Origin: Candidatus Omnitrophota bacterium
GTDB taxonomy: Bacteria > Omnitrophota > Gorgyraeia > Gygaellales > Profunditerraquicolaceae
Assembly (NCBI GenBank): GCA_028715785.1
Contig: JAQURC010000006.1
Location: 21,630 to 85,629 of the forward strand
Direction: 5' to 3'
Length of the DNA stretch: 64,000 nt
Part shown: piece after piece, positions 54,728-63,753 of the stretch
Layout of the letters: each line of letters opens with the position of its first letter
How positions within the stretch are numbered: the stretch's first letter is position 1
Made by a program: the position numbers and the translations under genes
Notes under the pieces: model-generated
The model's database searches: none
Told to the model about the DNA's origin: nothing
The model's input: only the letters and a program-made list of their open reading frames with translations

Positions 54728-56923
54728 ATGAGCATAAGACAGAAAGTTCTATTTAAAATTAAAAGCACCGAATTAGAAAAAATAGATTTTCCTAAAAAAG
54801 TTTCCTCTTATTTCGGCGTGAATACCTTTAGCACGGAAACTATGCAAAAGCATATTTCTAAAGGTACTTTTGAGGCATTCAAGACCTGGATGTCTGAAGG
54901 TAAAACCATAACTTTAGCGCAGGCAAACGAAATTGCCGATGCGATGAAGGAGTGGGCAATTGCCAAAGGCGCTACCTATTATACGCACTGGTTCCAGCCG
55001 ATGACCGGGCTTACCGCGGAAAAGCACGACAGCTTTATTTCGATAACCGCTCCGGGAAAAGTAATCGAAAAATTCTCGGGGAATAAATTAATCCAGGGGG
55101 AGCCGGATGCATCCAGCTTTCCTTCAGGAGGAATCCGGGCGACCTTTGAAGCCAGAGGTTATACTGCCTGGGATCCATCAAGTGCGGCGTTTATTATCGA
55201 AAGTACGCTTGGCAAAACTTTGTGTATCCCCACAATATTTATTTCTTACCACGGTGAAGCTTTAGACAAGAAGCTGCCGCTTTTGCGTTCGGATGAAGCG
55301 TTAAATAACGCCGCTTTAGGCCTGATTAAACTTTTCGGCCATAAAGATGTAAAAAAGATATTTTCTACCTGCGGTCCGGAGCAGGAATATTTCCTGATCG
55401 ATAAGAACTATTACAATTTACGCCAGGATTTGATCATGACCGGCCGGACCCTGGTTGGAGCGCCGTCTCCTAAAGGCCAGCAGTTAGAGGACCAGTATTT
55501 CGGCACGATTAAAGAGCGGGTGGTTAATTTTATGTTCGAGGTCGCTGAAGAGGCTTACAAGCTGGGCATACCGGTAATGACCCGGCACAATGAAGTTGCC
55601 CCGCATCAGTATGAATTTGCTCCGATATTCGAAGAATCAAATATCGCCGCCGATCACAATCAACTGCTTATGGAATTGATGAAAAAGATTGCCTTAAGGC
55701 ATGGGATGGTCTGCCTTTTGCATGAGAAACCTTTTGCCGGAATCAACGGCAGCGGAAAACACCTGAACTGGTCGCTGGCCGATGATAAAGGCAATAACCT
55801 GCTTAATCCCGGGCAGACTCCGGAGGATAACCTGCAGTTTTTGGCAGTTTTAGCCGCGGTATTAAGAGCGGTCTATCTGCACGCTGATCTCCTGCGTGCT
55901 TCGGTTGCCCTGGCTGGCAATGAACATCGCTTAGGCGCTAACGAGGCCCCTCCGGCCATTATCAGCGTATTTTTAGGCGAACAATTGACTTCGATCCTGG
56001 ACATGATTGAAAAAGGGGCTAAATCCAAAGTTTCTAAAAGCGACATTATCGATTTAGGGATAGGCCGCCTGCCCAAATTTAACAAGGATACAACCGATAG
56101 GAACCGCACCTCGCCTTTTGCCTTTACCGGGGCCAAATTTGAATTTCGCGCCGTCGGTTCATCGCAGAATATCTCCACACCCATCGCGGTAATCAATACC
56201 ATTATTGCTGAAAGCCTTGATTATGTTGCTGAGCAGATTAAAAAGGCCAAGTCCACGGGCAAGGATTTTAATTCCGCGGTATTGCTGGTAATCTCTAAGA
56301 TTGTTAAAGAGACCAAGGATATCCGCTTTGAAGGAAATAACTACGCGCAAGAGTGGATTAAAGAAGCTAAGAAACGGGGACTGCCGAACATCGCTTCGAC
56401 TTACCAGTCCCTGGAGGCTTTAACCAAAAAAGAGAATATCGCCCTTTTTGAGAAATACAAAGTCTTTTCTAAAGAAGAGCTGATCGCCCGTTACCATATC
56501 TGGATCCATATGTATAACCTGACCCTGGAAATCGAGGCCAATACCTTAAACGAAATGGTTAATGCTTCGGTAGTGCCGGCAGGTTATGAATATGAAAAAT
56601 TATTGGCGGCAAACCTGGACGCGTTAGTCAAATTACATAAAGACGCCAGCCTGAAAGTTGATAGCGGAGCGTTAAAAGACAAAAAGGATCATTTGGCTGA
56701 GATAGTTGCCAAGATTTATTATGTGCGCAGGAATGTCGGTGAAATGGTTAAGTTGCTTGAGGATGCCGGTAAACTAAACAACGAAAAACGCGCCGCGCTT
56801 TATTTTGATGAGCTTAAGCCTTTGATGGAGCATATTCGAAGGCACGTTGATCAGCTGGAATGCGTAGTTTCCGATGATGCCTGGGATCTGCCTAAGTATC
56901 GGGAAATGCTGTTCATAAAATAA
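54728..56923 (+). CDS. glnN: Glutamine synthetase type III
   Basis: 731 aa. GSIII-type N-terminus (FGVNTF...MKEWAIAKGATYYTHWFQPMTG) and catalytic core (NGSGKHLNWS, RTSPFAFTGAKFEFRAVGSS). Confidence 0.9.
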   Translation: MSIRQKVLFKIKSTELEKIDFPKKVSSYFGVNTFSTETMQKHISKGTFEAFKTWMSEGKTITLAQANEIADAMKEWAIAKGATYYTHWFQPMTGLTAEKHDSFISITAPGKVIEKFSGNKLIQGEPDASSFPSGGIRATFEARGYTAWDPSSAAFIIESTLGKTLCIPTIFISYHGEALDKKLPLLRSDEALNNAALGLIKLFGHKDVKKIFSTCGPEQEYFLIDKNYYNLRQDLIMTGRTLVGAPSPKGQQLEDQYFGTIKERVVNFMFEVAEEAYKLGIPVMTRHNEVAPHQYEFAPIFEESNIAADHNQLLMELMKKIALRHGMVCLLHEKPFAGINGSGKHLNWSLADDKGNNLLNPGQTPEDNLQFLAVLAAVLRAVYLHADLLRASVALAGNEHRLGANEAPPAIISVFLGEQLTSILDMIEKGAKSKVSKSDIIDLGIGRLPKFNKDTTDRNRTSPFAFTGAKFEFRAVGSSQNISTPIAVINTIIAESLDYVAEQIKKAKSTGKDFNSAVLLVISKIVKETKDIRFEGNNYAQEWIKEAKKRGLPNIASTYQSLEALTKKENIALFEKYKVFSKEELIARYHIWIHMYNLTLEIEANTLNEMVNASVVPAGYEYEKLLAANLDALVKLHKDASLKVDSGALKDKKDHLAEIVAKIYYVRRNVGEMVKLLEDAGKLNNEKRAALYFDELKPLMEHIRRHVDQLECVVSDDAWDLPKYREMLFIK

Positions 56924-56927
56924 AAAG

Positions 56928-56958
56928 GGTTACCAAAACAGCCCTTTTCTTACTTGTA
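56928..56958 (+). promoter_or_regulatory. N-motif copy C: GGTTACCA-N12-TCTTACTTGTA
   Basis: Begins 5 nt after the glnN stop. Followed by TATATA and leader terminator C. Confidence 0.6.
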
Positions 56959-57000
56959 TATATAGACACGCTGTTGTGTTTATCATAACGAATAGAACGT

Positions 57001-57052
57001 AGACGTTCATGCTGGCTAAAACTGTTTTTTGCCAAAATGAACGTCTTTTTTT
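57001..57052 (+). terminator. Leader terminator/attenuator C
   Basis: AGACGTTCAT...ATGAACGTCT (10-bp perfect outer stem, inner TGGC/GCCA) plus TTTTTTT. A competing small hairpin GAACG-taga-CGTTC (56995-57008) sequesters the 5' arm. Confidence 0.65.
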
Positions 57053-57084
57053 GTCAACAGCCATGCCTAAAGTTTGGGCATAAT

Positions 57085-57468
57085 ATGATTACTATAGTTA
57101 TTACCGAAGATGAAACAAAGGCAAAAGAGGCTTTGGCTAAGATGTTAAAGCAGGAGGGGTACACTTTATCCCCGGATACAAGCCGGGAAAATGTAATCCG
57201 CGTCGTGAAAAAGGATTGTATAAGGGACCTGGCTTTTATCAAAGACAGGGTAGTGGAATTAGAAAATTCATTGTTTATTGAAAAAAAGGGAGTATTGTAT
57301 AAATCCGTTTTGGAGGCAATCGAGAAACCTTTGCTTGAACAGACGCTAGAGCGTTGTGAAGGCAACCAGCTTAAAGCCGCCCGCATCCTGGGGATTAACC
57401 GCAACACCATGCGGGCCAAAATTAACAAATTAGGTATTGATGTTTCAAGGTGGAAAATAAATTTATGA
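57085..57468 (+). CDS. Small Fis/NtrC-type HTH protein (mini-NtrC: receiver-like N-terminal stub + HTH_8, no AAA+ domain)
   Basis: C-terminus KPLLEQTLERCEGNQLKAARILGINRNTMRAKINKLGI. N-terminus IVITEDETKAKEALAKMLKQEGYTL resembles receiver beta1-alpha1-beta2 only. ATGA coupling to gltB. The track start 57037 lies in the terminator. Confidence 0.65.
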   Translation: MITIVITEDETKAKEALAKMLKQEGYTLSPDTSRENVIRVVKKDCIRDLAFIKDRVVELENSLFIEKKGVLYKSVLEAIEKPLLEQTLERCEGNQLKAARILGINRNTMRAKINKLGIDVSRWKINL

Positions 57469-60400
57469 AACAGGCGCGTTTACCAAAAAAGCAGGGTCTA
57501 TACGACCCGCGGTTTGAGCATGATTCCTGCGGAGTAGGGTTTGTTTGCAATATCAAAGGCAAGAAAAGCCATGATATTGTTAAGCAGGGGCTGGAGGTTT
57601 TACGGCGCTTAAGCCACCGCGGAGCAACCGGCGCGGACCCTAAAACCGGTGACGGCGCGGGCCTGCTTATCCAGTTTCCTCATGAATTTTTTGTATCGAT
57701 ATGCGCGAAAGAAAAGATCAATCTGCCTAAAGAAGGTGAATATGCCTCAGGGTTAGTCTTCCTGCCGCAGGATGCCAAAGAGCGCAGGTTTTGTAAAGAG
57801 GCCTTTGAGAAAATAATTAATAGCGAAGGGCAGTTATTTTTGGGCTGGCGTAATGTACCGGTAGATAATTCTGATATCGGCCAGAGCGCCAAAGACACCC
57901 AGCCGGTGATCGAGCAGATATTTATTGGCGCTGCTGCGGTGTCATTGCGAGCCCCGAAGGGGCGAAGCAATCCAAAAGAGATTGCTTCGTCGCCTGCGGC
58001 TCCTGGCAATGACAATTTAGATAACCTGGCTTTTGAAAGAAAGCTTTATGTTATTCGTAGGCAGGTTGAAAATATTATCCGCGCCTCCAAAATAAAACAA
58101 AAAACATCTTTCTATATTCCCAGCTTGTCCGGCCGCACATTTATCTATAAGGGCCTGCTTATGCCGCATCAGGTAGAAAACTTCTTTTTGGATTTAAGTT
58201 CCCAGGAAATTAAAAGCGCTTTAGCCATGGTCCATTCGCGTTACTCTACCAATACTTTTCCCACCTGGGACCTCTCTCAACCGTTTAGATTTATCGCCCA
58301 TAACGGAGAGATCAATACTTTAAGGGGCAATATTAATTGGATGCGTGCCCGCCAAAACTTCTTAAAGAGCCAATTATTCGGCCAAGACTTAAAGAAAATA
58401 TTTCCGGTAATTGTTCCGGGCGGCAGTGATTCGGCGGCCATTGATAATGTTTTTGAGCTCCTGACCTTGTCCGGCAGAAGCCTGACGCAGGCAATCTCGA
58501 TGCTCATACCGGCTGCTTGGGAACAGAATAACCTGCTTACCCAGGAGGTAAGGGCTTTTCATAAATACCACACCTGTCTTATTGAGCCCTGGGACGGCCC
58601 GGCAGCCATGGTTTTTACTGACGGGATATCTATCGGAGCAGTGCTTGACCGTAACGGATTGCGGCCCTGCCGTTATATTGTTACCAAAGATGATTTTGTG
58701 GTGATGGCCTCCGAAGTAGGAGTTTTAGATATCGATCCTGCCAAGATCCTTCATTCAGGACGGCTTGAGCCGGGCAAGGCATTTTTTATCGATACCAAAG
58801 CCGGGTGCATAATTGAAGACAGCCGGATAAAAAAAGAGCTCAGCGAAGATAAGCCATACGATCAATGGGTTAAGAAGAATATACTGGAGTTAGACAGTTT
58901 AAAAGACAGAGGACAGAAGACAGAAGATAGAGGACAGAGGAGAGAAACAAATATTTTGACCCAATTAAAGGTTTTTGGTTATACCCGCGAAGATCTGAAA
59001 ATGATTATTAAGCCGATGGCTGAAAATGCCCAGGAACCGGTGGGCTCGATGGGCAATGATACCCCGCACGCCGTACTTTCAACCAGGCCGCAACTCTTGT
59101 TTTCCTATTTTAAACAATTATTCGCCCAGGTAACTAACCCTCCGATTGATCCTATCCGTGAGGAGCTGGTGATGAGCCTGGCCAGTTATTTGGGCCCGGA
59201 AAAGAATATTTTAAGCGATGGAGAGGACCACTGCCATAAATTATTAGTAAAACAGCCGATTTTAAACGACGCGGAATTAAAGAAAATCAGAAAAATTAGA
59301 ACAAGCGGATTTAGGACTAAAACAATCTCCATAAATTTTAAGATTTCCGAAAAGGACGCCTTCAAAAGGACATTGGAGAGAATACGTAAAGAGGCAGAGC
59401 AGGCGATATCCGCCAAAGGCGGATCCCTGCCTGTCCGGCAGGCAGGCGCCTCCGGCGGAAAAAAAGGCTATACTTTTATTATTTTAAGCGACCGCGGAGT
59501 GAATAAAGATTATGCCGCTATTCCCAGCCTCCTGGCGGTTTCAGCGCTGCACCATTATCTGGTGCGCCGTTCTTTGCGCACGCAGATCAGCATTATTTTA
59601 GAGAGCGCCGAGCCCCGCGAAGTAAATCATTTTGCCCTGCTTTTTGCCTACGGAGTTGATTGTGTTAATCCGTATCTTGTATTTGGCGCCTTGGAAAAGA
59701 TGGCTAAAGAGAAAGAATTGAACCTTGGCGCCGAGAAGGCAAAGCATAATTACATAAAAGCCATCGACAAAGGGATACTCAAAGTCCTTTCCAAGATGGG
59801 CATCTCGACTTTACAGAGTTACCGCGGGGCCCAGATTTTTGAAGCGGTGGGATTAAATAAAAGCGTAATTGATGAATATTTCACCGGCACAGTTTCCCGG
59901 ATTAACGGCGCATCTTTAGGGGTAATTGTTAAAGAAACTATTCTGCGCCATAAGGAGGCTTTTGCCGTAAGGAGCCAAGGCGAAAATCATCTGGCTTCCG
60001 GCGGCCTTTATCAGTGGAGGCGCGACGGAGAATTCCATCTCTGGAACCCGGACACGATTGCCGCTTTGCAGGATGCCGCGCGCAATAATGATGCCAAAAA
60101 ATATCAGGAGTTTGCCAGCTTAATTAATGATCAGTCAAAAAATCCGACTACTCTAAGAAGCCTGCTAAAATTTAAAATACAAAAATCTATCCCGCTAAGT
60201 GAAGTTGAGCCGGTTGAAGAAATTGTAAAAAGGTTTGCTACCGGGGCGATGAGTTTTGGCTCAATCAGCCGCGCCACGCATGAAACGATTGCTATCGCCA
60301 TGAATAGGTTAGGTGGAAGGTCTAATACTGGAGAGGGCGGCGAAGACCCCGCGCGTTTTGTTCCGTTGCCTGGCGGAGATTCTGCCAGAAGCGCGATAAA

Positions 60401-62132
60401 GCAGGTTGCCTCCGGGCGTTTCGGCGTAACCACGAATTATTTAGTTAATGCCGATGAAATCCAGATAAAAATGGCCCAAGGCGCAAAACCCGGCGAGGGC
60501 GGCCAGCTTCCCGGGCATAAGGTAAGCGCGATAATCGCCAAGACCCGCTATACTACCCCGGGAGTTACTTTGATTTCCCCGCCTCCGCACCATGATATAT
60601 ATTCAATCGAAGATTTAGCGCAGCTTATCTTTGACCTAAAAAACGCAAATCCCAAAGCGCGGATTAGCGTAAAATTAGTTTCTGAAATCGGCGTAGGCAC
60701 GGTAGCCGCGGGTGTGGCTAAAGGGCATGCCGATATGATCCTTATTTCCGGCCAGGACGGAGGCACCGGAGCTTCTCCTTTGAGTTCAATTAAACACGCC
60801 GGACTTCCCTGGGAGCTGGGGCTTTCCGAAACGCACCAGACTTTAGTCTTAAATGATTTAAGGAGCAGGGTGCGCCTGCAGAGTGACGGCCAGATGCGCA
60901 CCGGACGGGATGTGGCGATTGCCGCAATGCTTGGCGCCGAAGAGTTCGGTTTCTGCACCGCGGTATTAATCGTGTTGGGATGCGTGATGCTGCGTCATTG
61001 TAATTTAAATAATTGTTCGGTAGGGATTGCTACCCAAGATGAGATCCTGGAAAAAAGATTTACCGGCCGGCCGGAATATATTATTAATTATTTTACCTTT
61101 ATCGCCGATGAACTGCGCCAGATCATGAGCTCTTTAGGCATAAAAAAATTAGAGGATATGGTCGGCAGGGTGGATCTGCTGGAATTGAATCAGGAGATTT
61201 TACCCTGGAAGGCAAAAGAAATCGATTTTTCTAAAATCCTTTATAAACCTCAGGTGCCGGAGTCAGTAATTACGCATTATTGTAAAAAACAGGACCATGG
61301 TATTGATAAGATTCTGGATTTAAAGTTGATTGAATTATCCGAGCCGGCATTGGCAGAAGCTAAAAACGTGGAAATAAATCAAAAGATCGAAAACGTAAAC
61401 CGCGCCACCGGGGCAATGTTAAGCGGGGAGGTTTGCCGGCGGTTTGGCGAAAGCGGGCTGCCCGAAGATACGATTAAATGTAATTTTAAAGGGGTGGCCG
61501 GCCAAAGCTTCGGGGCTTTTTTGGCCAAAGGGATAACTTTTGCCCTGGAAGGCATGGCTAATGATTATGTGGGCAAAGGGATATCCGGAGGTAAAATTAT
61601 AATTTATCCGGATAAAAAAGTTGATTACAAACCGGATGAAAATATTATTATCGGCAACACTACTTTCTACGGGGCAATCAACGGAGAGGCATATATACGG
61701 GGGGTTGCCGGAGAGAGGTTCTGTATCCGGAATTCCGGGTTAAATGCGGTTATTGAGGGTTTGGGAGACCACGGTTGTGAATATATGACCGGAGGAAGGG
61801 TGGTTGTCCTGGGAAAATGCGGCAGGAATTTCGGGGCAGGGATGTCCGGGGGGATTGCCTATTGTCTGGATGAAAGAAGAGATTTTAAGAAAAAATGTAA
61901 TTTGGAGATGGTGGCTTTGGAGAAAATAAATGCCCAAGACGCAGAGACGATCAAAAACCTGCTGTTTAACCACCGCAAATACACGCAAAGCTTTAAAGCC
62001 AAAGAGATTCTCGATGATTTTCATAAGTATGCCAATCTTTTTGTCAAAGTCATGCCTTTGGAATACAAACGTATATTGGAAGAAAAAAAGGCTGTTGGGA
62101 AGGCTGACCTGGGAGAATATACTGATGGGTGA
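57465..62132 (+). CDS. gltB: Glutamate synthase large subunit
   Basis: Ntn Cys (HDSCGVGFV), GEINTL, the FMN/Fe-S central and synthase domains (GEGGEDP, KMAQGAKPGEGGQLPG, SGQDGGTGASP) and the C-terminal GXGXG domain. Contains three in-frame repeat-like insertions. Confidence 0.95.
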   Translation: MKQARLPKKQGLYDPRFEHDSCGVGFVCNIKGKKSHDIVKQGLEVLRRLSHRGATGADPKTGDGAGLLIQFPHEFFVSICAKEKINLPKEGEYASGLVFLPQDAKERRFCKEAFEKIINSEGQLFLGWRNVPVDNSDIGQSAKDTQPVIEQIFIGAAAVSLRAPKGRSNPKEIASSPAAPGNDNLDNLAFERKLYVIRRQVENIIRASKIKQKTSFYIPSLSGRTFIYKGLLMPHQVENFFLDLSSQEIKSALAMVHSRYSTNTFPTWDLSQPFRFIAHNGEINTLRGNINWMRARQNFLKSQLFGQDLKKIFPVIVPGGSDSAAIDNVFELLTLSGRSLTQAISMLIPAAWEQNNLLTQEVRAFHKYHTCLIEPWDGPAAMVFTDGISIGAVLDRNGLRPCRYIVTKDDFVVMASEVGVLDIDPAKILHSGRLEPGKAFFIDTKAGCIIEDSRIKKELSEDKPYDQWVKKNILELDSLKDRGQKTEDRGQRRETNILTQLKVFGYTREDLKMIIKPMAENAQEPVGSMGNDTPHAVLSTRPQLLFSYFKQLFAQVTNPPIDPIREELVMSLASYLGPEKNILSDGEDHCHKLLVKQPILNDAELKKIRKIRTSGFRTKTISINFKISEKDAFKRTLERIRKEAEQAISAKGGSLPVRQAGASGGKKGYTFIILSDRGVNKDYAAIPSLLAVSALHHYLVRRSLRTQISIILESAEPREVNHFALLFAYGVDCVNPYLVFGALEKMAKEKELNLGAEKAKHNYIKAIDKGILKVLSKMGISTLQSYRGAQIFEAVGLNKSVIDEYFTGTVSRINGASLGVIVKETILRHKEAFAVRSQGENHLASGGLYQWRRDGEFHLWNPDTIAALQDAARNNDAKKYQEFASLINDQSKNPTTLRSLLKFKIQKSIPLSEVEPVEEIVKRFATGAMSFGSISRATHETIAIAMNRLGGRSNTGEGGEDPARFVPLPGGDSARSAIKQVASGRFGVTTNYLVNADEIQIKMAQGAKPGEGGQLPGHKVSAIIAKTRYTTPGVTLISPPPHHDIYSIEDLAQLIFDLKNANPKARISVKLVSEIGVGTVAAGVAKGHADMILISGQDGGTGASPLSSIKHAGLPWELGLSETHQTLVLNDLRSRVRLQSDGQMRTGRDVAIAAMLGAEEFGFCTAVLIVLGCVMLRHCNLNNCSVGIATQDEILEKRFTGRPEYIINYFTFIADELRQIMSSLGIKKLEDMVGRVDLLELNQEILPWKAKEIDFSKILYKPQVPESVITHYCKKQDHGIDKILDLKLIELSEPALAEAKNVEINQKIENVNRATGAMLSGEVCRRFGESGLPEDTIKCNFKGVAGQSFGAFLAKGITFALEGMANDYVGKGISGGKIIIYPDKKVDYKPDENIIIGNTTFYGAINGEAYIRGVAGERFCIRNSGLNAVIEGLGDHGCEYMTGGRVVVLGKCGRNFGAGMSGGIAYCLDERRDFKKKCNLEMVALEKINAQDAETIKNLLFNHRKYTQSFKAKEILDDFHKYANLFVKVMPLEYKRILEEKKAVGKADLGEYTDG
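57939..58014. repeat. Family B, copy 4, in frame inside gltB
   Basis: GTGTCATTGCGAGCCCCGAAGGGGCGAAGCAATCCAAAAGAGATTGCTTCGTCGCCTGCGGCTCCTGGCAATGACA. Translated as VSLRAPKGRSNPKEIASSPAAPGND. Confidence 0.85.
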
Positions 62133-63567
62133 TCCAAAAGGATTCTTAAAAGTTAAAAGACAGCCCGGGACATACCGTCTGGTTTGCGAAAGAATAAAAG
62201 ATTTCGCCGAAGTTAATTTATTGCGGACTGAATTTCAAAACAAGGAGCAGGCATCGCGCTGTATGGATTGCGGCACGCCTTTTTGCCACTCCGGCTGCCC
62301 CATCGGTAATTATATACCGGAATGGAATGACCTTGTTTTTGCCGGCCAGTGGGAAAAGGCCTTTAGTTTACTTAACGCCACCAATAACCTTCCGGAAATT
62401 ACCGGAAGGATTTGCCCTGCGCTTTGTGAATATGCCTGTGTTTTGGGGATCAATGATGACCCGGTAACGATTCGGGAAAACGAATTGAGTATTATCGAGT
62501 ATGCCTTTAAGAATGATTTAATCCAGCCGCGAATTTTAAGCAAGAGGACAGGAAAAAAAATAGCCGTAGTCGGTTCCGGGCCGGCAGGCCTGGCCTGCGC
62601 CGACCAGCTGAATTGCGCCGGGCATAAGGTTGTGGTTTTTGAAAGGGATGATGCCATTGGAGGAATTTTGCGTTATGGGATCCCCGAGTTTAAGCTGGAG
62701 AAGAAAATAATCGACCGCCGGATAAAGATCCTGCAAAAGGAAGGGATAAAATTTAAAACGAATGTTGATGTAGGCGCGGATTTATCCGCGCGAAAATTGT
62801 TGCGGGAGTTTGACGCGGTTTGTATTGCCTGCGGGTCGCGGCAGCCGCGGGACCTGCATATTGAGGGCAGAAACCTTTCCGGCATCCATTTTGCCATGGA
62901 TTATTTGATTCAATCCAATAAAAGGATAAAAGGAGAGAGGATACCGGATGATTTATTGATTGACGCAAAGGATAAGCGCGTAGCGGTGATCGGCGGAGGA
63001 GATACCGGAGCAGATTGCGTGGGAGTGGCGCATCGGCAAGGCGCATCCTGCGTTACGCAGATCGAGATTATGCCTAAACCCGCCTCCTGCCGCACTAAAG
63101 ATTACCCCTGGCCAAAGTATCCTTTATTGCTTAAATCTTCGACCAGCCATGAAGAAGGCGGACAAAGAGATTGGTCAATATTAACCAAAAAATTTACCGG
63201 CTCAAGCGGAAAGGTAAAAAAACTTTCCTGCGCAAGGGTGGAGTTTAAAAAAGATGCCGCGGGGTGCCCGGTCATGCAGGAAGTAAGGGATTCGGAGTTT
63301 GAAATCGAAACCGACCTGGTGATTCTGGCTTTGGGTTTTTTGCACCCTGAGAAAAAAGGGATAATCGAGGAACTCAGATTGGATTTGGATCAAAAGGGAA
63401 ATGTAAAAACAAGCGATAATTTTATGACTTCTAACGAAGGCCTGTTTGCCTGTGGAGATATGCGCCGCGGCCAATCCCTGATTGTCTGGGCAATTGCCGA
63501 AGGCAGGCGCGCTGCCCACTATATCGACAAATACCTTATGGGTGATTCAATCCTGCCGGTGTTATAA
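62125..63567 (+). CDS. gltD: Glutamate synthase small subunit (NADPH-dependent)
   Basis: Met at 62125 (8-nt overlap with gltB). [50 protein letters not shown]. Confidence 0.95.
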   Translation: MGDPKGFLKVKRQPGTYRLVCERIKDFAEVNLLRTEFQNKEQASRCMDCGTPFCHSGCPIGNYIPEWNDLVFAGQWEKAFSLLNATNNLPEITGRICPALCEYACVLGINDDPVTIRENELSIIEYAFKNDLIQPRILSKRTGKKIAVVGSGPAGLACADQLNCAGHKVVVFERDDAIGGILRYGIPEFKLEKKIIDRRIKILQKEGIKFKTNVDVGADLSARKLLREFDAVCIACGSRQPRDLHIEGRNLSGIHFAMDYLIQSNKRIKGERIPDDLLIDAKDKRVAVIGGGDTGADCVGVAHRQGASCVTQIEIMPKPASCRTKDYPWPKYPLLLKSSTSHEEGGQRDWSILTKKFTGSSGKVKKLSCARVEFKKDAAGCPVMQEVRDSEFEIETDLVILALGFLHPEKKGIIEELRLDLDQKGNVKTSDNFMTSNEGLFACGDMRRGQSLIVWAIAEGRRAAHYIDKYLMGDSILPVL

Positions 63568-63674
63568 AATTCGTAACAGTTCAACTCTTGGAAGCGCTCC
63601 GACAAGATTGTAGGGCAGGTTTAAACCTGCCCTACGACGATCTCCTTCTGAAAGCTGAACTGTTACTAAAATTC
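63565..63674. mobile_element. 94-bp MITE-like element carrying a family A hairpin, flanked by an 8-bp direct repeat
   Basis: Terminal inverted repeats GTAACAGTTCA (63573-63583) and TGAACTGTTAC (63656-63666). Central GTAGGGCAGGTTTAAACCTGCCCTAC (63610-63635). Direct repeats TAAAATTC at 63565-63572 and 63667-63674; the left one contains the gltD stop codon. Confidence 0.65.
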
Positions 63675-63753
63675 AAGCTTTTTTACTAATTTTAAGTTAC
63701 AATATTAAGAAAAAGACAAGGAGAGAGGTTTGTATTTATTAGAGTTTTTAATC

